In this document: positions 59,063-64,000 of the stretch, piece after piece | Position numbering within the stretch: the first letter of the stretch is position 1 | How the letters are laid out: the number at the start of each line of letters is the position of its first letter | DNA from: Desulfovibrio sp. | GTDB taxonomy: Bacteria; Desulfobacterota; Desulfovibrionia; Desulfovibrionales; Desulfovibrionaceae | Direction: 5' to 3' | DNA: 64,000 bases | Assembly (NCBI GenBank): GCA_016284885.1 | Contig: JAEEPQ010000001.1 | Location: 1,570 to 65,569 of the forward strand | The notes under the pieces: model-generated | Database searches by the model: none | Told to the model about the DNA's origin: nothing | The model's input: only the letters and a program-made list of their open reading frames with translations | Position numbers and translations under genes: made by a program

Positions 59063-61297
59063 GTGAAACGTCTGCTCTGCCTGCTTGCCCTCGTGCTCCT
59101 CGCCTTCCCTGCGCCTGCCGGCGCGGAGACCTGGGCCATCTACTTCTACCTGTGCGGAAGCGATCTGGAAACGAAGCACGGCGCCGCCTCGCTGGATCTC
59201 AAGGAGATTACCGAGACTGCCATGCCTTCCAATCTGACCTTCATCGTGGAGACAGGCGGGGCCAGGAAGTGGAAGTTCCCGGGCGTCAAGCACGACAAGC
59301 TGCAGCGCTGGAAGATCGAGAACGGAAAGATGACGCTTCTGGAGAGCCTGCCGAAGGCCAGCATGGCCAGGAAGGAGACGCTTGCCTCCTTCCTGAAGTT
59401 CTGCACGCAGAACTATCCGGCGGACCACCAGGTGCTCATCATGTGGGACCACGGCGGAGGCAGCGCGCTCGGCATGTTCAACGACGAGCTCTACGGCGAC
59501 GCCAGCATGAGCCTGAAGGACATGCGCGAGACCTTTGCCTCTGTCTTCGGCAGCAAGCCTGGGAAGAAGCCCTTCGACGTCGTCGGCTTCGATGCCTGCC
59601 TCATGGCCACCTTCGACACGGCCTGCGCCATGGAGCCCTTCGCCAGGTACCTGGTTGCCTCGGAGAACACGGAGCCCGGCAACGGCTGGGGCTACGACCA
59701 CCTTTTCGATGCCATGCGCAAGCAGGCGCCGGCCAGTGCCAAGGAATGCGGCAGGATGCTCTGCGACGGCTTCATGGCAGGCTGCAGGGAGTACGGAACG
59801 GACAGGGATGCAACGCTGTCGCTTGTCGATCTCAGCGAGATTCCCGACCTGAAGGTGCTCTACTACATGCTCGGCCTGGAGGCCGTTGCCTATGCGGTGG
59901 ACCACGAGAGCTTCGAGCACACCTATGCCCGCCTGGCCAAGTCGTCGGAGAACTACGTCAATTCAAAATCCGAAGGCTTTTCGAACATGGTCGACATGGG
60001 GGCCTTCTACTCCCAGATGAAGGAGCAGCTGCCGGAGTTCAGCGGCCCGTTCCTCGACCAGCTGGCCAAGGCCGTCGTCTACAAGGTGCACGGCAAGTCC
60101 AGAAAGCCTTCTGGCCTTTCCTGCTACTATCCCTATGATCCGAGCAAGACCAAGTTCAACGCCATGATGGAGTCTGGGGTCGTGACGCCCTTCCTGCTGA
60201 TGGCGGGCCTGAAGCTGGAATGTCTCAGCGAAGAGACGGTGATTCAGCGGCTCGAGGGCATAGTGGAGGAGATTGCCCGCTACGAGAAGGAACAGGAAGG
60301 GACGCAGGAAGCGGCTGTCCAGCCAGCCACGGCCGCCCCGCAGGGGCCTTCGGGCAGCCAGTCTCCGTTCGTTCCGCATGTGCCCGGCATTGCCCAGGGA
60401 CCCTCGGGGAACTCTGGCGCTTCAGGCGGCCAGTCTCCGTTCGTTCCGCATGTGCCCGGCATTGTCCAGGCTCCGTCCCCCCGCCAGGAAGGGGGCGTGG
60501 CAGCCGCGGCTGGCGCCGTCGGCGCCCTCCTGAACCGCGTCGCTCCCGCCGGCGGAGGCGCTTCTGTTGAGCGTATCGCCTCCATGCTCTCCGGCTTCAA
60601 CGTCAAGCCTGCCGAAGCCCTTGACATGGAAAAGCTCGAGGATTTCGAGGTCAGCGTCAACGCCGACGGCGACGCCGTGCTCGACCTTGGCGCCGACATC
60701 GCCCAGAAGCTGGAGAGCGTCCACTTCCGCCTCTGCTGCTACAGCGAAGAGCACGACATCATCCTGAACCTCGGCTCGGATGCCGACATGAAGGCCGACT
60801 GGGACCGCGGCGTGTTCAAGGACAATTTCCGCAACGTGTGGCCTGCGCTCAACGGTCATCTTGTCTATCTGGAGATCACCGAGGAGGGCGAGAACGTCAA
60901 TCGCTACATGGTGCCCATCCGGCTCAACGGCGAACGCTGCAACCTTGTCGTCGACTACGACTTCGGCAAGTCGGCCTACGAAATCATCGGCGTGCGTCCC
61001 TCGTCCGAGCAGAAGGGCGTGCTGGTCGAACGCTCCCTTCTCCAGCTGAAGAAGGGCGACAGGGTTCAGACGCTCCTGCAGAAGATGACCATCGAGGGCG
61101 ACGACCGCGAATTCGAGGAAGTGCCAGTAGACGATTTTGTCCTTGACGGCAAGGCCAAGATCGAGGACGAGGACATGGGCGACGGCAACTTCGTGTTCCT
61201 GTTCGAGATGACGAACCTCAAGAATGAGAGCGCCACGTCCCAGATAGTCTGCTTTGATGTCAAGGACGGCAAGATTACAACGAAGGTGCTGGACTAG
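59063..61297 (+). CDS. Secreted clostripain-family (peptidase C11) cysteine protease with a repeat linker and an unknown C-terminal domain
   Basis: GTG start 5 nt after AAGGAGG. Signal KRLLCLLALVLLAFPAPAGA. WAIYFYLCGSDLE, VLIMWDHGGG (His) and VVGFDACLMA (Cys) form the catalytic dyad context. Confidence 0.85.
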   Translation: MKRLLCLLALVLLAFPAPAGAETWAIYFYLCGSDLETKHGAASLDLKEITETAMPSNLTFIVETGGARKWKFPGVKHDKLQRWKIENGKMTLLESLPKASMARKETLASFLKFCTQNYPADHQVLIMWDHGGGSALGMFNDELYGDASMSLKDMRETFASVFGSKPGKKPFDVVGFDACLMATFDTACAMEPFARYLVASENTEPGNGWGYDHLFDAMRKQAPASAKECGRMLCDGFMAGCREYGTDRDATLSLVDLSEIPDLKVLYYMLGLEAVAYAVDHESFEHTYARLAKSSENYVNSKSEGFSNMVDMGAFYSQMKEQLPEFSGPFLDQLAKAVVYKVHGKSRKPSGLSCYYPYDPSKTKFNAMMESGVVTPFLLMAGLKLECLSEETVIQRLEGIVEEIARYEKEQEGTQEAAVQPATAAPQGPSGSQSPFVPHVPGIAQGPSGNSGASGGQSPFVPHVPGIVQAPSPRQEGGVAAAAGAVGALLNRVAPAGGGASVERIASMLSGFNVKPAEALDMEKLEDFEVSVNADGDAVLDLGADIAQKLESVHFRLCCYSEEHDIILNLGSDADMKADWDRGVFKDNFRNVWPALNGHLVYLEITEEGENVNRYMVPIRLNGERCNLVVDYDFGKSAYEIIGVRPSSEQKGVLVERSLLQLKKGDRVQTLLQKMTIEGDDREFEEVPVDDFVLDGKAKIEDEDMGDGNFVFLFEMTNLKNESATSQIVCFDVKDGKITTKVLD
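60358..60464 (+). repeat. Two perfect 35-nt copies spaced 72 nt apart, inside the C11 gene
   Basis: CCAGTCTCCGTTCGTTCCGCATGTGCCCGGCATTG at 60358 and 60430, encoding QSPFVPHVPGI twice in a Gly/Ser/Pro linker. Confidence 0.85.
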
Positions 61298-61338
61298 CGC
61301 CTGCCGGGCAGGCACCCCAGCGCAAGGAGGATAGAAGA

Positions 61339-63342
61339 GTGAAGACATTCAGCAAACTGGTCCTGCTGTGCGCAGGGCTCATGCTGGCGGGCCAGGCCGC
61401 GGCCGCGGATCTGCAGTTTGGCAGGGACGCTTCCATGAAAGACGCGACCAAGGCAAGCATGGAGAAGAACCGGCAGGAGATCGCCGTGCTCGACTTCGGG
61501 CTGCAGGACGATTTTGCCGATGCCGAGCGCGGCTTCATCGCCCCTCTCCTGAATGGGGGCAAGGTCGTCGGCAAGGATGGCAAGGTGGTCTGGGATCTGG
61601 CGGCTTGGGACTTCGACAAGGAAGGCAAGGACATGACGAGCGCCTCGCAGGCGCCTGCCACCGTCAACCCCAGCCTGTGGCGCCAGTACAAGCTCAACAT
61701 GAAGTCCGGCCTCTTCAAGGTAACGGACCGCATCTACCAGGTCAGGGGCGCCGACATCTCCAACCTGACCGTCATCGAGGGCGACACAGGCCTTATCGTT
61801 GCCGACCCCCTCATTTCCGAGGAGTGCGCGAAGGCTGCCCTTGACCTCTACTACGCCCACCGTCCCAAGAAGCCCGTCAAGTACGTCATCTACTCGCATA
61901 GCCACATCGACCACTACGGCGGCGTCAAGGGCATCGTCTCGCCCGAAGACGTCAAGGCGGGCAAGGTTCAGATCGTGGCGCCCGAAGGCTTCCTGCAGGC
62001 GGCCGTTTCGGAGAACGTCAATGCCGGCGTCGCCATGGGCCGTCGCGCGCACTACATGTACGGCGACTACCTCAAGCCCGGCCCCAAGGGCCACGTGGGC
62101 ACGGGCCTCGGCATCATGAACTCCCTCGGCACCACCGGCATCATTCCGCCCACCATCGTCATTGAGAAGGACGGCCAGACCGTCAGCATGGACGGCCTCG
62201 ACTTCGTCTTCCTGCTGGCCCCCAACACCGAAGCGCCGGCGGAGATGCACTGGTACATTCCTGCGCTCAAGGCCCTGACCTGCGCGGAGAACTGCTGCCA
62301 CACCATGCACAACCTCTACACCCTCAGGGGTGCCAAGCTGCGCGACCCCCTGAGCTGGAGCCGCAGCATCGACAAGACCATAGCCGCCTTTGGCGCCGAT
62401 GCCGAAGTCATGTACGGAATGCACCACTGGCCCGTCTGGGGTCGCGAGCGGGTCAACAAGATGCTGCACATGACGAGCGACCTCTACCGCTACATCAACG
62501 ATCAGGTCCTCCATCTCGCCAACCAGGGCAAGACCATGATCGAGATAGCCGAGGAGTTCAGGCTCCCGAAGGATCTGGCCAAGTTCTTCGCCCTGCGTGG
62601 CTACTACGGATCCCTGAACCACAACGTCAAGGCCGTGTACAACTTCTACCTCGGCTGGTTCGACGGCAATCCCGCCCATCTGCACGTCCTCACCCCCGAA
62701 GCCTCGGCAAAGAAGTACGTCGAGTACATGGGCGGCGCCAAGAACGTCATCAAGCGGGCCCGCGAGGACATGGCTAAGGGCGAGTACCGCTGGGTGGCCC
62801 AGGTGCTTGACCACGTCGTCTTCGCCGATCCCTCCAACAAGGAGGCCCGGCTGCTCGAGGCCGACGCCCTGGAGCAGCTCGGCTACCAGGCCGAAAGTGG
62901 CCCGTGGCGCAACTTCTACCTCTCTGGCGCCATGGATCTGCGCACCGTGGGGGCGACTGCCACGGCGCCCGTCGGTGGCGCGCAGGGCCGTGCCGGCATG
63001 CCGGCAGACCTCTACTTCGGCTGGCTCGGCATCCGCCTCAACAGCGCCCGTGCGGAAGGCAGGAACGACCGCGTGTTGCTGAAGCTCGGCGAGGAAGGCA
63101 CCTGGGTTCTGGAGCTTGCCAACAGCGTGCTGCATGCGTCGAAGGCCAAGGACAGCGCATCCGTCGATGCGGCTGTCACCCTTGAAGGGGCCTTGTCGCT
63201 GGTGCAGGGCGTGCTCGAAGGCGTCCTTCCTCTGGACAAGGCCAAGGAAAAGGGGCTCGCGATTTCGGACGAGGCCAAGCTTGCCAGCTTTGTCGCCCTG
63301 TTCGATAGGTTCTCCCCCAACTTCAATCTCGTCGAGCCTTAG
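61339..63342 (+). CDS. Exported MBL-fold alkyl/aryl sulfatase (SdsA1/BDS1-like)
   Basis: GTG start after AAGGAGG. Signal MKTFSKLVLLCAGLMLAGQAAAA. YSHSHIDHYGG (HxHxDH). Central dimerisation-like region and a C-terminal SCP2-like tail. Confidence 0.85.
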   Translation: MKTFSKLVLLCAGLMLAGQAAAADLQFGRDASMKDATKASMEKNRQEIAVLDFGLQDDFADAERGFIAPLLNGGKVVGKDGKVVWDLAAWDFDKEGKDMTSASQAPATVNPSLWRQYKLNMKSGLFKVTDRIYQVRGADISNLTVIEGDTGLIVADPLISEECAKAALDLYYAHRPKKPVKYVIYSHSHIDHYGGVKGIVSPEDVKAGKVQIVAPEGFLQAAVSENVNAGVAMGRRAHYMYGDYLKPGPKGHVGTGLGIMNSLGTTGIIPPTIVIEKDGQTVSMDGLDFVFLLAPNTEAPAEMHWYIPALKALTCAENCCHTMHNLYTLRGAKLRDPLSWSRSIDKTIAAFGADAEVMYGMHHWPVWGRERVNKMLHMTSDLYRYINDQVLHLANQGKTMIEIAEEFRLPKDLAKFFALRGYYGSLNHNVKAVYNFYLGWFDGNPAHLHVLTPEASAKKYVEYMGGAKNVIKRAREDMAKGEYRWVAQVLDHVVFADPSNKEARLLEADALEQLGYQAESGPWRNFYLSGAMDLRTVGATATAPVGGAQGRAGMPADLYFGWLGIRLNSARAEGRNDRVLLKLGEEGTWVLELANSVLHASKAKDSASVDAAVTLEGALSLVQGVLEGVLPLDKAKEKGLAISDEAKLASFVALFDRFSPNFNLVEP

Positions 63343-63354
63343 GACTTGCTTTTC

Positions 63355-63400
63355 ACGGCGTCTCGGTGCGCCGGTTGCAGACGGCGCACCGAGACGCCGT
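63355..63400. terminator. Perfect 18-bp hairpin after the sulfatase gene (no U-tract)
   Basis: ACGGCGTCTCGGTGCGCC-ggttgcagac-GGCGCACCGAGACGCCGT. Confidence 0.45.
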
Positions 63401-63607
63401 AGAGCCCGGGTGGCTGTCAGGCTGCGCTTCACGTCACTGGCAAAGCCTGCCGCGTCTGGAGGGGCAGGGCCTCGTGGCCCCCATCGGCTGGAGCGTCCCC
63501 GACCCTGAGGCCTGCACCAGGTCATGAAAAAGTTAGACTGCCGGAACTTCTCTGTGTATTCTGAAAGAGCATTCGTCCCTATCCATCTCTAACTCAAGGA
63601 GACTACC

Positions 63608-63826
63608 ATGGCTTTTGAAGTCTTTATGGATGCACCCGCCCTTCCGCTGAGCAGCGCCGACGTGAAATTCGTTGTTCGTGAAGACGGCGAGAAGATTGGA
63701 GAGCTCCAGATTTCCAAGGGCGCCGTGGAGTGGTTCCCCAGGGGTGCCGCCGAAGGCTACAACATCGGCTGGAAGAAGCTCGGCGAACTCATCGCAGCTA
63801 ACGGCCAGCTGGGCGCCAAGCGCTAG
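63608..63826 (+). CDS. Small hypothetical protein (72 aa)
   Basis: RBS AAGGAG 7 nt before the ATG, followed by a canonical terminator. No family recognised. Confidence 0.55.
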   Translation: MAFEVFMDAPALPLSSADVKFVVREDGEKIGELQISKGAVEWFPRGAAEGYNIGWKKLGELIAANGQLGAKR

Positions 63827-63871
63827 CTGACTGCGCCGTCCTAGGCCTTGGGCGGACCAGCTTTTCTGCTT

Positions 63872-63918
63872 GAGCGGAGGCGGAGGGAGAATCCTTCCGC
63901 TTCCGCTCCGTTTTTTTT
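63872..63918 (+). terminator. Rho-independent terminator
   Basis: GAGCGGAGGCGGA-gggagaatcct-TCCGCTTCCGCTC (one mismatch), then CG and T8. Confidence 0.75.
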
Positions 63919-63923
63919 GCCTG

Positions 63924-64000
63924 CTAGATTTCCGGCAGGAGCCTGTCCTTGCCTCCGTCGGGGGCGTCGTCAGGCCGGGATGTCGCTTCAGTATCCTCCC
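63924..64000 (-). CDS. 3' end of an unidentified minus-strand gene (partial)
   Basis: Open frame ...DDAPDGGKDRLLPEI* ending at TAG 63924-63926. Too short to assign. Confidence 0.25.
   Translation of the reverse strand, partial: EDTEATSRPDDAPDGGKDRLLPEI

Noticed and set aside
60358-60464. Spaced perfect repeats considered as a mini CRISPR
   Set aside because: Only two copies, in frame inside a coding linker, with no cas genes nearby.
61294-63525. 743-aa ORF on the - strand
   Set aside because: Antisense to the sulfatase gene, which has the HxHxDH motif, a signal peptide and an RBS.

Overview
High-GC bacterial chromosomal window. Gene content points to Desulfovibrionaceae: a Cys-type CcmE System I ccm operon, and a decaheme cytochrome directly upstream of rnfCDGEAB-apbE. 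About 53 kb is core and 10 kb is accessory.

Left to right:
- ruvX (3' end), mltG, an NAD-epimerase, a U32-family protein, a TrmN6-like methyltransferase and an EndoQ-like PHP nuclease fused to a UvrD helicase.
- An NlpC/P60 lipoprotein, a DsbA-like protein and a CheY-like receiver.
- Two perfect parS sites, then parA, an opposite-strand unknown gene, then parB.
- A long minus-strand run: rsmB-fmt-def, aspS, hisS, purF, gyrA, gyrB, dnaN.
- A 600-bp AT-richer gap (29.07-29.67 kb) with no dnaA, where gene orientation flips. It is packed with a TGTTCC/GGAACA motif and is a candidate replication-origin or regulatory region.
- M23 peptidase, ppiD-like, glmS.
- A minus-strand operon: 7TM-DISM hybrid-kinase-like sensor, a stranded HPt-like frame, usp, cls.
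- Two TPR genes and ccmDCBAFE.
- A 410-bp AT-rich gap with a TGTGA-N6-TCACA palindrome, then dhcA-rnfCDGEAB-apbE.
- A lower-GC island (53.6-56.8 kb) of small signal-peptide proteins: a paralog family with two intact and two decayed copies, and two HdeA-like proteins.
- A polytopic membrane LuxR regulator, a Cys-less rhodanese, a secreted clostripain (C11)-like protease and an MBL-type alkyl/aryl sulfatase.

I saw no rRNA, tRNA, CRISPR array, transposase or integrase.

The most interesting sequence-level observation is an A9 run at the stop codon of the sensor gene. A 99-codon HPt-like domain follows it in the -1 frame and has no start codon of its own.

CDS ends are anchored on the supplied ORF track. 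Starts were trimmed by hand from signal peptides, RBS and neighbour overlaps. Hand-counted motif coordinates may be off by 1-2 nt. All family calls come from motif recognition by eye, not from searches.
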